Origin: a virus
DNA length: 64,000 nt
IMG/VR virus record: IMGVR_UViG_3300037515_000251
Span: 7,926-71,925 of that record
Direction: 5' to 3' (one strand)
The first letter of the stretch is position 1. Every line of letters begins with the position of its first letter. The translations under genes and the position numbers were made by a program. Positions 1 to 10,217 of this stretch are shown in pieces. Below the pieces are notes generated by a model that searched no databases, was not told the origin of the DNA, and saw only the letters and a list, made by a program, of their open reading frames with translations.

Positions 1-22
1 CGCCCACGTCAACACGACAGCA

Positions 23-688
23 TTGAGCCAATCTGTTCTGCACCGCAGCATCGCCCAAAATGGAACCATGGGAAGCGAGCAGGTGATTGACGCAGACGGC
101 AATGCGCCCGTACTTGGCGACAGCTATGATGCCGGGGGAGGCGTTGTAAAATTGGCGGTACCCTATCTGAGCGATAGGATTACAGGAGACAGGCATTACT
201 TCCGGGTTGCATTGGCCGACTCCGCCGTGGACCCATCGTGGGCCACTGAAACGCCGACCACCGATCCAGTGGTTAGACCCTTTGGACCCACGGAAGATGG
301 CCTTACTGGCAGTGGAGGGGAACGAGGGCCGGTGGCATGGCGCAATGGAGAACTTCACATGGCGATGAGCGCCATATTAGCAGCAAATCTTCCTGGAGTC
401 TTCACCGACCTGGACCTCTATCATGTCAGCCGGTCTGCTGCTGGCGTGTGGGGCGCGCCGACATTTCTTTACAGCTTGGATGAAACCGCCCCGCCTCATT
501 CCGAGGGAGTTTCAGGAGTTCGTATCACTAACATCGACAATGGGGTAGGGATTTTCTTCATGGGCAATGGAGCCGTTCTGTCTGATGACAACCTCATTCC
601 GTGGTATACAGAAGTCGCTTTTAGTGATGCCTGCAATCCGTGCCCGCCAGCGGCCGGCGTCAACCGGGCGTTCTTTTTCGGGAGATAG
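23..688 (+). CDS. hypothetical protein (first gene of virion-type plus-strand block; may extend upstream of window)
   Basis: 221-aa ORF, G/C-rich third positions, co-oriented and tightly spaced with following genes (stop 688 / start 692). Confidence 0.4.
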   Translation: MSQSVLHRSIAQNGTMGSEQVIDADGNAPVLGDSYDAGGGVVKLAVPYLSDRITGDRHYFRVALADSAVDPSWATETPTTDPVVRPFGPTEDGLTGSGGERGPVAWRNGELHMAMSAILAANLPGVFTDLDLYHVSRSAAGVWGAPTFLYSLDETAPPHSEGVSGVRITNIDNGVGIFFMGNGAVLSDDNLIPWYTEVAFSDACNPCPPAAGVNRAFFFGR

Positions 689-691
689 AGA

Positions 692-2431
692 GTGGCTGAA
701 GTAGAAATACTGCCGATCCCAAAGCCTAAATTGACGGCCAACGTCTTCAACGAGACGCCAATCCGTATCCAGACGCAAACCACTCACAGTTTCATAGACG
801 GAGAGGCGGTCTACGGATGTGGCCATAGTGGGAATACTTGCGCCGACGGAGGACCAAATTACAATCACTTTGTTGACGCCGATGAATTCAACCTGACGAC
901 CATAGGAGGATCGCCCATCGTGGGAACCAACCCGCCCTGTGGCGTCTACACCAGTGGAGGGATATACTCGGTTCACCGCGAAATTCAGATGAATGCGGCT
1001 GCTGCGAGCGGGCCGTGGGAGCATAACAACGCGCTGTATTATCTGATCGAAGATCATGCCGGTCTCTCGCAGGGCAGCGCGGCAGACCTCAACGATCAGT
1101 TGTCGATGATGAAACGCCAGCCTGGCGGGACGTGGCTCGCTCTCGACAATGCCAACGCACCTAGCCGCAACACGGGACTACCAGCTACCGAGCGCTTGCT
1201 GCTACTGGCGCATGGGGCGTTCAAGCGCGGGAACACGATCTGGGTTGCCGGAGTCGTCGATAATCCAACGGCGTCGATTGATTTCCAGGTATTCATCCAG
1301 CCATTCGACCTGACTTCCGAAATGTGGGGGGCGAAGATCAACGGCGGAACCGACATAGAAGGTTACAGCGGCGTGGTCGCTGGCGGGAACAGGGCGCAAG
1401 GAATCCGTTGCTGTGTTTCCGCGGATGGAACGAAGATTCTCGTGTTCTCCGCCGGGATTCGAGAAACGATTGCTAGTCAAGGATATGACCGCCCCTACGT
1501 CAGAATCTACGATACCGGCACGGGAACATGGTCCGCTCAAATCATGGCGTTCGGCTCCGCCGATCCCCGCTACTTTGGCCCTGCCGGGTGCGTTATCGAT
1601 GATTCCGACGTGGTTCACCTGTTCGCCCTAGTTGGACGCAACGATGTAACCGTGTTTCCGAACGGATCGGACTGGATCGACGAAGGAGAACTACTGCATC
1701 GCACGATTAGTTTGGCGGGAACCTTGGGTGGCGTGACGACACTGGCCCTTGGGGTTGTTGGCAGCATCAACGAAATCCCGGTTGGGCAGCCGATCTACTA
1801 TCACAACGGGACAGAGGGAAGGCTGGCGATCCCTTACACGAAGGGTTCCCCTGGAGGAACCCCAGGAACGGCCGACACCGCCCCGGTAGCATCGATCAGA
1901 CTTCTCACGGCGGCATCGGCGGTTCTTTCCTGGACGGATGAAGTAGTGACGGCCGATGTAGCTGTTCTTCCGCCGAAGGGCAGCTTACAGGTCAACGCCG
2001 GGATTGGATCGGCGGCAATCAATCCCGTGTACGAACCGGCAACAGGTGAAGTGTGGCTATTCTGGAGTACCGACCAGAATCTCGTAACAGGAGACAACCC
2101 AGCGGAAATTTATTATGCCAGAAGAGCGCCGGTCGCTACGTGGGCCGCTCCGGTGCTATGGAAAAGCGGAAATGGACTCGATCCTTTGTGGGCCACATCG
2201 AGCACAGCTACGATCTTCGAGCCTGGACCGCTCTGGTTCGGAAATCCGCAGCCTGTAGTGTTCGGCGGATTGGTTCAGGTAGCGTACAGCAGGTTCTTTC
2301 AGAACCAAGTTCGTGATTGCCAGACTAGCGGGACGGGAATTCCACAGACAAGAATTTTCGAATTCCCACACTTCGATTTCGTGAATCTCTGCCCCACCAT
2401 CGGCGAAGGCAACTACTCCTACTTCGACTGA
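692..2431 (+). CDS. BNR/Asp-box-like repeat protein, possible tail/receptor-binding beta-propeller protein
   Basis: 579 aa; Asp-box-like motifs S/T-x-D-x-G-x-T-W (YDTGTGTWS, SADGTKI); no catalytic residues verifiable. Confidence 0.4.
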   Translation: MAEVEILPIPKPKLTANVFNETPIRIQTQTTHSFIDGEAVYGCGHSGNTCADGGPNYNHFVDADEFNLTTIGGSPIVGTNPPCGVYTSGGIYSVHREIQMNAAAASGPWEHNNALYYLIEDHAGLSQGSAADLNDQLSMMKRQPGGTWLALDNANAPSRNTGLPATERLLLLAHGAFKRGNTIWVAGVVDNPTASIDFQVFIQPFDLTSEMWGAKINGGTDIEGYSGVVAGGNRAQGIRCCVSADGTKILVFSAGIRETIASQGYDRPYVRIYDTGTGTWSAQIMAFGSADPRYFGPAGCVIDDSDVVHLFALVGRNDVTVFPNGSDWIDEGELLHRTISLAGTLGGVTTLALGVVGSINEIPVGQPIYYHNGTEGRLAIPYTKGSPGGTPGTADTAPVASIRLLTAASAVLSWTDEVVTADVAVLPPKGSLQVNAGIGSAAINPVYEPATGEVWLFWSTDQNLVTGDNPAEIYYARRAPVATWAAPVLWKSGNGLDPLWATSSTATIFEPGPLWFGNPQPVVFGGLVQVAYSRFFQNQVRDCQTSGTGIPQTRIFEFPHFDFVNLCPTIGEGNYSYFD

Positions 2432-3216
2432 ACCGGCTTGATCTCCCCCGACCCCGGCACCGGCTTGATGGTGCCCACGTAGCCGACCCTGTTGCCCGCC
2501 GGCCCAACCTGCGGCGCCGCATTCATCGACACCTTGGCCCTCTGGCCGTCCTCGTGAACGCAGTAGAAGTCCGCGGCGAACGGCTCCCCGGCCTTGACCG
2601 CCTTGATCCAATCGTTGAATACCCGCTCGCGGTCGTTGGATTCGATTCTGATTTTCCAGCCGTGGTTGTTGACCTTCGGCGGGTATGCCCCGATGATCTC
2701 GCACAGCGGCTCGCTCACGCTGGTCCAGCCGCCATCCGGCCCGGCAACGAACGTGGCGATCTCGCTGTAGTCCTCGATGGTCCGCAGGCGCGCGCCGATC
2801 AGCAGCAGGTCGCCGTGCATCTGAGACTGCATTTCGAGTGACTTCTTGAGCAGGACCGGCCCCTGGGCGCAGAGTTTGCCGAAGTCCCAGAGCACCTTGA
2901 TGAACGCAAGCCCGCGTTGCTTGATGAGGTAGATCGACCCCATGAACGCCGCAATCCAAGCGATCGTCTCGGCAAACCCGATGAAGGTCTGCTTCTGGCG
3001 CTCCTGTACGAGTTCGTTTCTCAAGCGGTCCAAATCCTGCGGAGTAACCGACTGCGGGGCGGCGGTGATTGCGGCGAACAGTGCCCAGACTGCCGCCGTC
3101 GCCAGGTGCCGCTGTAGTCCATCTCCGTATTCAAGCAGCCATTCTCTTGTAACTCGCCGTACTCTCAGGCTCCAAAGCCAGATTCTCGCCAGCAGCCTCC
3201 ACGCCACTTTCTGCAT
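2419..3216 (-). CDS. membrane-anchored PAS-domain protein (lone opposite-strand gene, moron-like)
   Basis: two hydrophobic helices near N-terminus, C-terminal PAS-like fold (…NDWIKAVKAGEPFAADFYCVHEDGQRAKVSMNAAPQV…GYVGTIKPV); exact start uncertain. Confidence 0.4.
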   Translation of the reverse strand: MQKVAWRLLARIWLWSLRVRRVTREWLLEYGDGLQRHLATAAVWALFAAITAAPQSVTPQDLDRLRNELVQERQKQTFIGFAETIAWIAAFMGSIYLIKQRGLAFIKVLWDFGKLCAQGPVLLKKSLEMQSQMHGDLLLIGARLRTIEDYSEIATFVAGPDGGWTSVSEPLCEIIGAYPPKVNNHGWKIRIESNDRERVFNDWIKAVKAGEPFAADFYCVHEDGQRAKVSMNAAPQVGPAGNRVGYVGTIKPVPGSGEIKPVQSK

Positions 3217-3332
3217 TGGCTCGTCCTGTTCCTCATGTTTTCGGGAGCGGCCCCTCCCGCGTTGACGCCTATGATACCATTACTGTGAAAACCGCCTAAC
3301 AGGGGTTCCTCGCGGGCGACGAGGACACAACG

Positions 3333-4985
3333 ATGGCATCGTTCGCAAGCCCCCTGCTTCCTCCCGATTACAACTACTACGATCCGCCCCAGCTTCCCGA
3401 CACCCCGCGCAATCCGATCCCCTACAACAACTTCTGGGGAATCCAGGATGCGACGGTCCACGGCCGCCAGCGAGCGGCCGGCGCGGAAGACATGTACGCG
3501 CAGCGCTGGCGCGATCTGGATTACCCCTACTACCAACAGGAGCAGCGTGCCCGTGATATCGGCTACCAAGCCTACGAGCCGATCTTCCGCGGCCAGGGCG
3601 GGTACTCGCCACAAGAGCAGGAATCGTTGCGGCTTTCGCCGGGCGAAGAGCAGGGCATGTACCTGCAAGACTGGGAGCGAGCCGGAATCGAGGGCAACCC
3701 GGAGGAAGCATTCCGCTACTATAACCCCGGCTTGCTGTGGGGCAACGTGGGCGAGACCGAGGCCCGGATGCGCGAGGGGCTGAACGAAGGCGGCATGGGG
3801 ATTCGCGGCGCCTACGGCTACGGCGAAGCGGGCGAGCAAGCGGAATTGGCCCGGTTGCGCGGCGGCCTGGACGTGGCGATCGACCCGGAACGGCTGCGGC
3901 TGTCGGAAGGATTCCAGCAGGACTACCCGCTCAGCGACCAGGAAATTCAGCAGATGGCCGAGTTGTCTGGCCGGGCAGCGGGAATGCGTTATCAGTCCAG
4001 CTACGACGACATCGCCCGGCGGGCGGCTGCTAGTGGGACGACATCGCCGCTGGCGCTTGGAGCGCTGTCGAGCCGGATGACTCGCGAGGGCGCGATCGAG
4101 GGTTCGGACGCGCTGACACGGGCGAAGCTGGGCGGATTGGCCTTGCAGCGCGATCAGATGGCCGAAGGCGAGCGAATGCGCCTGGGGGCCGAACAGGGAC
4201 TCACCGACAGGCAGATCGACGCCGCGATGGGCTACGGAGGTTATGCGCTGAACACCTTCGGGCGCGGGGCCGATCGTAGGATTGGCGGCGAGACAACCCT
4301 GCTTGGCTCGCGGATGGGAGCCGAGAGCGATATTGGCGGGCTGAAGTCGCGGACCGGGGAGTATCTGACGAATCAGGGCATGGACTACCAGCGCTACGCT
4401 GAAGCCGAGCGGGCACGGCGGGCGCAGGACATGGCGTACAACCGCCAAGAGACGAGCCGCTACATTCCGAACGAGCGCTACCGCCGGAACGTGGACATCT
4501 ACGGCCAGCGCCGCGGCGACGAGCAGGAAGCCCGCGAGTATGCCCGCTGGCAGCAGCAGCAGCAGGGCCAGCAGTACCAGCGCGGGGCGGATCGGGATTT
4601 GCAGGCGTGGGGCGAGACAACCGCACGGCAGGGCGGAAACCTTGGTTTGCAGATTCAGAACCGGGGAACGGCGGGGCCGATTGAGAGAATCGGAAGGCAA
4701 TTGATTGCTACGGGCGGAGAAGTAGCCAAGGGATTCGAATTTGCCGAAGGTGGCGTAGTCACCGAGCCGACCGAGGCACTGATCGGCGAAGGTGGCGAAC
4801 CGGAGCTGGTGCTGCCGATGTCGAAGGTTGGCCCCGACGAGTTCAGCCGTTTGGCTGGAATGGTTGGGCCACCCGAGCCTCTGATGGAGACTTCGATTTA
4901 CGAAGAGAAGATCGAATGTCCGCAAAAGCCGACCGTGATGTATTCCGATTACCGCAGCCGGGCAAGCCAGCGGCCAAGCCTGTAG
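3333..4985 (+). CDS. hypothetical Q/R/G/Y-rich protein, likely virion internal protein
   Basis: 550-aa ORF with low-complexity RRxxQQQQGQQYQ segments, operon-like packing with neighbours; antisense 617-aa ORF 3165-5018 judged spurious. Confidence 0.5.
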   Translation: MASFASPLLPPDYNYYDPPQLPDTPRNPIPYNNFWGIQDATVHGRQRAAGAEDMYAQRWRDLDYPYYQQEQRARDIGYQAYEPIFRGQGGYSPQEQESLRLSPGEEQGMYLQDWERAGIEGNPEEAFRYYNPGLLWGNVGETEARMREGLNEGGMGIRGAYGYGEAGEQAELARLRGGLDVAIDPERLRLSEGFQQDYPLSDQEIQQMAELSGRAAGMRYQSSYDDIARRAAASGTTSPLALGALSSRMTREGAIEGSDALTRAKLGGLALQRDQMAEGERMRLGAEQGLTDRQIDAAMGYGGYALNTFGRGADRRIGGETTLLGSRMGAESDIGGLKSRTGEYLTNQGMDYQRYAEAERARRAQDMAYNRQETSRYIPNERYRRNVDIYGQRRGDEQEAREYARWQQQQQGQQYQRGADRDLQAWGETTARQGGNLGLQIQNRGTAGPIERIGRQLIATGGEVAKGFEFAEGGVVTEPTEALIGEGGEPELVLPMSKVGPDEFSRLAGMVGPPEPLMETSIYEEKIECPQKPTVMYSDYRSRASQRPSL

Positions 4986-4992
4986 GAGAACC

Positions 4993-6447
4993 ATGAGTCC
5001 AATTCCACGCATTCGCAATTACACCATGGATCGGCCGCCGTTTTCCTACGATCCGCTCGACCCCTATGCCAATCAGGAGTTCGGGCGGCCAGCGGTGCCG
5101 CCATCGCCTCCGCCGCCCGTTCCGCCGTCGCCAGTGACGCCCGTGAACCCGATGATTCAAGCCATCGAGGAAGGGCGCTTCGAGGAATACGAGCCGCCCA
5201 TTCCGCCGTCCCCGACAGGTGGATTCCAGTACGAAGAGCCTGCCAGCGTGAAGGCGCTCCGCGAGCACTCCCAGGCCATGCCCGAATACGAGAAACCGCC
5301 CTGGTGGAAGACGGCCGCCGGGCTGGCGCTGAGCACGATCAACGTCGCGCCAGCACAGATCGGCGCGCGCAAATTGCTCTACGGCGACTATCCGCGCGAG
5401 ATGGCCGAATGGGAAGCCAAGCGGGGAGCGCTCGAAAAGTCGGCAGGCGAAGAGGCCGGGCTGACCAAGGGCCGCATGACGTTCGAGCAGCAGCGGATGC
5501 AGGATGAATCCGATCTTGCCGAGAAGGGGCTGGTGCAGGTCGATATCAACGACCCCGAGTTCAAGCGTTCCGACTACGAGACGCTGACGACCGTGGGGAG
5601 CAAGGTCTGGGGCAAGCCGAAAGAGCGGGTGACGGCGAAGGAAGTAGCGAAGGATACCCGCCTTGTGCCGCGTTCGGTATTCAAGGCGGCTGGATTGGAG
5701 CATTTGCTTGGCCCGGAAGAACAGAGCCGCCGGATGTCGAACAAGGAAGCGGAGGAACTGTTCGGGTCGTACCTGGAGCAGATCAAGCCGATATCGCTTT
5801 CTCCTGGACAGGTTAGGGTTGGCGGGCCGGAAGGCAAGGAAACTGGCCGTGGATTGCCGCGCCAACAAGTGCTCTATCCAGGAGCGCAGGTAGCCGAAGA
5901 GACCCCAGGCAAAGGCTTGCAATTAACTGGAGTCAAAGTAGCACCGCTGCCGCGAAGGGCTGCCGGGACTACGGACCCATATCAATCGACCAGGAACCAG
6001 ATCGAAGCCGAGTTCCGCCGGAACGTGGAGCGGGTATTGCAGAGCAAAGAGGGCGAAGTTATCACATGGAATGGCATTGAAATCAGCGACGGCAGGGGTA
6101 TGTCCGAGGAAGAGAAGCAAGCGGCTATCCAACGTGCCATCGCCGCTCGCGACGTAGCCTACGAAATGCAGCTTCCAGGCCAAGTCGCCAAGCCGCTCCC
6201 CCCGCAATACCTGGAGATGCTGGGCGTGGAAGCACAGCCGGGAGCGCCAGCCGCTCCGCCACCCCCAGGACCGGCGGTTGGACCGCCCCCGCCGGGAGCG
6301 CAGGCTGGCGCAGAGCGCGTCACCGCCGAACAGGTCCAGTACGGGTTGAAGAATGATCCCGACGCACGGGGCATGACACTCGAACAGTACAAGCAGAAAA
6401 TACGCCGGGATGCGGCGGCGCAAGGCGTGACGGTCGTTTTCGAGTGA
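4993..6447 (+). CDS. hypothetical proline-rich protein
   Basis: 484 aa, PPSPPPPVPPSP and PPPPGPAVGPPPPG tracts; start 8 nt after previous stop. Confidence 0.5.
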   Translation: MSPIPRIRNYTMDRPPFSYDPLDPYANQEFGRPAVPPSPPPPVPPSPVTPVNPMIQAIEEGRFEEYEPPIPPSPTGGFQYEEPASVKALREHSQAMPEYEKPPWWKTAAGLALSTINVAPAQIGARKLLYGDYPREMAEWEAKRGALEKSAGEEAGLTKGRMTFEQQRMQDESDLAEKGLVQVDINDPEFKRSDYETLTTVGSKVWGKPKERVTAKEVAKDTRLVPRSVFKAAGLEHLLGPEEQSRRMSNKEAEELFGSYLEQIKPISLSPGQVRVGGPEGKETGRGLPRQQVLYPGAQVAEETPGKGLQLTGVKVAPLPRRAAGTTDPYQSTRNQIEAEFRRNVERVLQSKEGEVITWNGIEISDGRGMSEEEKQAAIQRAIAARDVAYEMQLPGQVAKPLPPQYLEMLGVEAQPGAPAAPPPPGPAVGPPPPGAQAGAERVTAEQVQYGLKNDPDARGMTLEQYKQKIRRDAAAQGVTVVFE

Positions 6448-6450
6448 TAG

Positions 6451-9400
6451 ATGCCGAACTCGCTGGAATTTATCCGAAGGGCCAAGCCGGAGCAACTACC
6501 GGTCGGCGCCGGGAATTCGCTCGATTTTATTCGCCAGGCGAAGCCGGGCAATTCCCTGGATTTTATTAAGTCGGCCAAAGCATCCGATCCCGTGTCAGTT
6601 TGGCACGGACAGCCCACGCCCGCAACCGCCGTCTCGACCACGCCCTCGCGCCGGGAACTCGGAGCCGAGCCGGAGGGTTTCTCAATCGGCCGCTTTGCCC
6701 GTGGTTTCTTTCGCCCGCCGGGGGATACACAGGAAGCCGAAAACGAGCGCATCAAACGCGCCGTCGTGGGCACGCCGGAGAAGCCGACATGGTTCACGCC
6801 GGAGACCCCGGAGCGCCCCACGACCCCGGCTGGCTACATGCGCCAAGCCTACCAGGAAGGAGGCGCCCTGGGTGCGGCTGGCGAAGTCGCCAAGATGGGC
6901 GTGCTCGGCCCGCTCTACGGCGCATTCAAGCAGCGCGACACGCCGCCGGTCCAGGCGGGCGAGCTATTCGAGCCGGGCACCGAGGCCCGCGGAATCGCTG
7001 AAGCCGTCTCGCATTTCGCCACGCCGACGAATGCCGCGATCATTGCCGGGGCCTCGACACTGACTGGCATACCCGCGATAGCCCTGAGCGCGTACTTCGC
7101 TACCGACATGGGCGTTGGAGCCTACCAGACTGCCGGGGAGATCGCCAAGGCCAAATCCGAGGGCCGGGAAGACGATGCGCGGGAACTCACCGGGCAGTTG
7201 ATGGTGATGATTCCGGCGGCGCTTGGCGCGGCGGGACATGCGGGCAAGAAAACCGTGGGGATCATCGGCGACCGGAGTGGACGAATCAGAAGCGGAGAGC
7301 CGACGACGCAGCCGCCGGAAATCACGTCGGTTGATGCGCCAGCGGTGCCGCCTTCGCCCATCGCCGCGCGTGCCGAGCCGTTGGCTGGAGAGATGACTGC
7401 TTCCCTCCAGGGTGGCCAGCGCACGCTGCCATTTGTAAGTGAAGCGGACCTTCGCCCTCCGCCGCCGCCAGCACCACCAGGAGTACCGCCGCAAGGTCCA
7501 GGCGGTCCCGCGGTTCCGCCCACGCCGCCGGGAGCGGGCCGTCTACCAGAATCCGAATCCTGGGTTCAGAAGCGCATTGATCTTGAAGACCGGCTCTATC
7601 CCGTCAAGGCGATGGAGAAGATGGCCCGTGACCCGCTGAGCATCGAGGAATCCGCCTACCACCGAATGCGGATGTACCCGGCCGTGTTCGCGCGCGCGCA
7701 AAGCCATCTCGAAACGCTCCGCAAGGGACTCAAGCCGATCCGCCAGACGTTCCGCGAGGATATCAAATCGTTCATCACCGACAAGAAGCCAGCCGATCTG
7801 GTGAGCGAGTTCGAACGCTACGCCACGAACGCCCATGAACTCGACGTGCAGCAGGTCTATCCCGAACGCCAGTTCTCGGGCGGACGCACCCGCGAGCAAA
7901 TCATCCAGGAACAACGCGATATTCAGCAGCGCCTTGGCCCGGACAAGATGGCTCGCCTCAATCAGGCGCAGCGGGCATACTCGGAGTTCGGCCACAGAAT
8001 GCTCGACGAGCTTGTGGACGCTGGCGCATTCAGCCGCGACGTGGCCGCCAGGCTCAAGCAGGCGTATCCGCGCTATGTTCCACTGGAGCGCGTGCTGGCG
8101 GAAGCGGAGGGCGTATTGAAGCACCCCGGAACCGGCGGCGGGAGATCCATGTCGGTTTCGACTCAGAACGTCGTCCGCAAACTCACCGAGCAGGGCAGCG
8201 AACTCGAAATCCAGCGAGCACTTGAAACCATGAGCCGTAAGGCGTTCGACGCATTCTCGCTAGCCGAGCGCAACCGGGCCTCACGGGCCGTCTACGATCT
8301 TGCCGGGAAGGAAGAGTTCGCCGGAACGGTAATCCGCCTGCGGCCGGAAGCCGATCCACCGCCGGGCATGGTGCGTTCGTCGGTGCTGATCGACGGCGTG
8401 CGGCACGATTACGCTGTACCACGGCAAGTCGGCGAAGCGATCCAGGGATTGACCAAAACCCAAGCGGACGTGGTGACGGAAATGGCAGGCAAGAGCGCCC
8501 AAGCCCTCCGCGCCGGTGCAACGACCTGGAGCCTGCCGTTCCTGGGTACGAACATCGCCCGCGATTACTACACGGCCTCGATGCGCTCGCCGGTCGGGTT
8601 CACGCCGCTCGACATGATCGCCGGGTTCTACCACGGCCTCAAGAAAGACGCCCTGTACCACGACTACCTGCGCTCGGGCGCCGCCATGTCGGGGTTCTTT
8701 GAGCAATTCAAGACGCCGCAGCGCGAAGCCCGCCATCTGGTCGAAAGCCAAGCGACCAGGAACATGAAGAAAATCCTGAACCCGTTCGAACTTATGTCCG
8801 AGATCGGCCAGGCTGGCGAGAATGCGGCCCGCATCGGTCTCTACCGGCGCGGCAAGCAGGCTGGACTATCCGAGATGGAAGCCGGTTGGCTCGGGCGCGA
8901 TACGACCGTGGACTTCGCCAAGTCCGGGCGGGTGATTCGCGTCCTGAACATCCTGACGCCGTTCATCAACGCCCGCATTCAGGGCAGCGGCAACATGCTG
9001 CGTACCTTCCGCGATAATCCAGGCGAGGCGAGTTTGACTTGGTGGGCATTGATCGGCGGGCCGTTGACGGCGCTCTACCTCTACAACACGCGCAATCACC
9101 CGGAAGCGTACCGGGACATGCAGCCGTACACCGAGGAAGCCTATTACCCGCTCATTACCGGAGACGAAAAAGACGAAGATGGCAGCTATCCTGGCTTCAA
9201 GTTCCCGATGGAAGAGTTCGGGCAACTCGGGGCGCGCAGTCTGCTGGCGGCCTTGCAGCATCTCGATGAGAACGACCCGGTGGCGCTCAATAAGCTGGCG
9301 AGCCGCATGGGCCTCAGCGGGCGCGAGCTTCAGCCGGGGGAAGGCAAGAAAGCGCCGAGCGCGGCCAAAGTTGCTTTCGAGACGGCGACTGGCCTGCTCC

Positions 9401-10194
9401 CGGTCGATGTCACCCCAGGCGGGGACGTTGGCCTGATGCCAGCCTTGCGCGGGACCGCCAGCGGCCTGCTACCGCCGATTGCCCGCGGAGCGCTCGAAGC
9501 GGGGACCGGAACGAGTTTCTTCACCGGACGCCCGATCGGCAAACTTCAGTCCATGCGCGATTTGCCGGAGGCCGAGAAGTACATCCGGGGCGAGACGCCG
9601 GAATGGCTGGTCAGCGTCGGCAAGTGGACCGACACATCCCCAGAACGGCTGAAGCACATCATCGAATCTCAGTTCGCCACGGTGGGGCGGCTGGCAACGC
9701 GCGGAGAAACGCCCACTGGACAGGTAGCCAAGCGGTTCAGCGGAATCCCCGGCGGGGCCGTCGAGAGCAAAGGCTTCCAGCGCACATCGGAATTGCGGGG
9801 CCAAGCCGCGATGGAGCGCATGGAAACCACCGCGCCGGCCGAACAGGCATTCAAGGAACTCAAGGCGATTCCGAAAGACCAGATGGCGGCGGCGTTCCGC
9901 GAGAAGATCGGGCAACTGCCGCGTGAGTCGCGGTTCGTCCTGCTCGATTTGATCGCCAAGGATGCTGGCGGCCTGACACGCGAGGAACAGAGCCTCAAGG
10001 CGCAGTTGATCGGAGTTCGGGCGAAGCGCCTGCTGGAGAAGATGCAGGAACTACCACAGGATCAGATTCAGGGGAACATCAACCGCTGGGCCAAGGGCGG
10101 CCTGCTCACCAAGGACACGCTCAGAATGATGCGCCAGATTCAAGCAGCGGAGGCTCAGGGGGTCGAGCCGAAGTTGCGTCAGCCGCGCCGGTAG
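6451..10194 (+). CDS. large (1247 aa) virion internal/DNA-ejection-like protein
   Basis: longest ORF in window; N-terminal triple repeat NSL(E/D)FI(R/K)xAKP; proline-rich linker; size and position typical of podovirus/siphovirus internal core or tape-measure-like proteins; no enzymatic motif confirmed. Confidence 0.5.
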   Translation: MPNSLEFIRRAKPEQLPVGAGNSLDFIRQAKPGNSLDFIKSAKASDPVSVWHGQPTPATAVSTTPSRRELGAEPEGFSIGRFARGFFRPPGDTQEAENERIKRAVVGTPEKPTWFTPETPERPTTPAGYMRQAYQEGGALGAAGEVAKMGVLGPLYGAFKQRDTPPVQAGELFEPGTEARGIAEAVSHFATPTNAAIIAGASTLTGIPAIALSAYFATDMGVGAYQTAGEIAKAKSEGREDDARELTGQLMVMIPAALGAAGHAGKKTVGIIGDRSGRIRSGEPTTQPPEITSVDAPAVPPSPIAARAEPLAGEMTASLQGGQRTLPFVSEADLRPPPPPAPPGVPPQGPGGPAVPPTPPGAGRLPESESWVQKRIDLEDRLYPVKAMEKMARDPLSIEESAYHRMRMYPAVFARAQSHLETLRKGLKPIRQTFREDIKSFITDKKPADLVSEFERYATNAHELDVQQVYPERQFSGGRTREQIIQEQRDIQQRLGPDKMARLNQAQRAYSEFGHRMLDELVDAGAFSRDVAARLKQAYPRYVPLERVLAEAEGVLKHPGTGGGRSMSVSTQNVVRKLTEQGSELEIQRALETMSRKAFDAFSLAERNRASRAVYDLAGKEEFAGTVIRLRPEADPPPGMVRSSVLIDGVRHDYAVPRQVGEAIQGLTKTQADVVTEMAGKSAQALRAGATTWSLPFLGTNIARDYYTASMRSPVGFTPLDMIAGFYHGLKKDALYHDYLRSGAAMSGFFEQFKTPQREARHLVESQATRNMKKILNPFELMSEIGQAGENAARIGLYRRGKQAGLSEMEAGWLGRDTTVDFAKSGRVIRVLNILTPFINARIQGSGNMLRTFRDNPGEASLTWWALIGGPLTALYLYNTRNHPEAYRDMQPYTEEAYYPLITGDEKDEDGSYPGFKFPMEEFGQLGARSLLAALQHLDENDPVALNKLASRMGLSGRELQPGEGKKAPSAAKVAFETATGLLPVDVTPGGDVGLMPALRGTASGLLPPIARGALEAGTGTSFFTGRPIGKLQSMRDLPEAEKYIRGETPEWLVSVGKWTDTSPERLKHIIESQFATVGRLATRGETPTGQVAKRFSGIPGGAVESKGFQRTSELRGQAAMERMETTAPAEQAFKELKAIPKDQMAAAFREKIGQLPRESRFVLLDLIAKDAGGLTREEQSLKAQLIGVRAKRLLEKMQELPQDQIQGNINRWAKGGLLTKDTLRMMRQIQAAEAQGVEPKLRQPRR
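6592..6606. repeat. genome-wide palindrome copy inside CDS
   Basis: within 5' region of 1247-aa gene. Confidence 0.85.
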
Positions 10195-10198
10195 AATC

Positions 10199-10217
10199 GG
10201 TGCCAAACTGACACCGA
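10199..10217. repeat. genome-wide palindrome copy (cgGTGCCAAACTGACACcg)
   Basis: between convergent gene ends 10194/10218. Confidence 0.9.

Noticed and set aside
3165-5018. 617-aa minus-strand ORF antisense to 3333-4985, and similar long antisense ORFs (2156-2959, 51964-53016, 48458-49474, 61224-63047, 53925-55442)
   Set aside because: These are typical spurious antisense ORFs of high-GC DNA. The sense frames show the expected G/C third-position bias and operon-like packing.
6451-10194. Possibility that the 1247-aa protein is a virion single-subunit RNA polymerase (there is a K-x7-YG string near residue 150)
   Set aside because: This is an isolated short match. No motif A/C aspartates or T/DxxGR could be placed, and the composition (P-rich, repeats) favours a structural or ejection protein.
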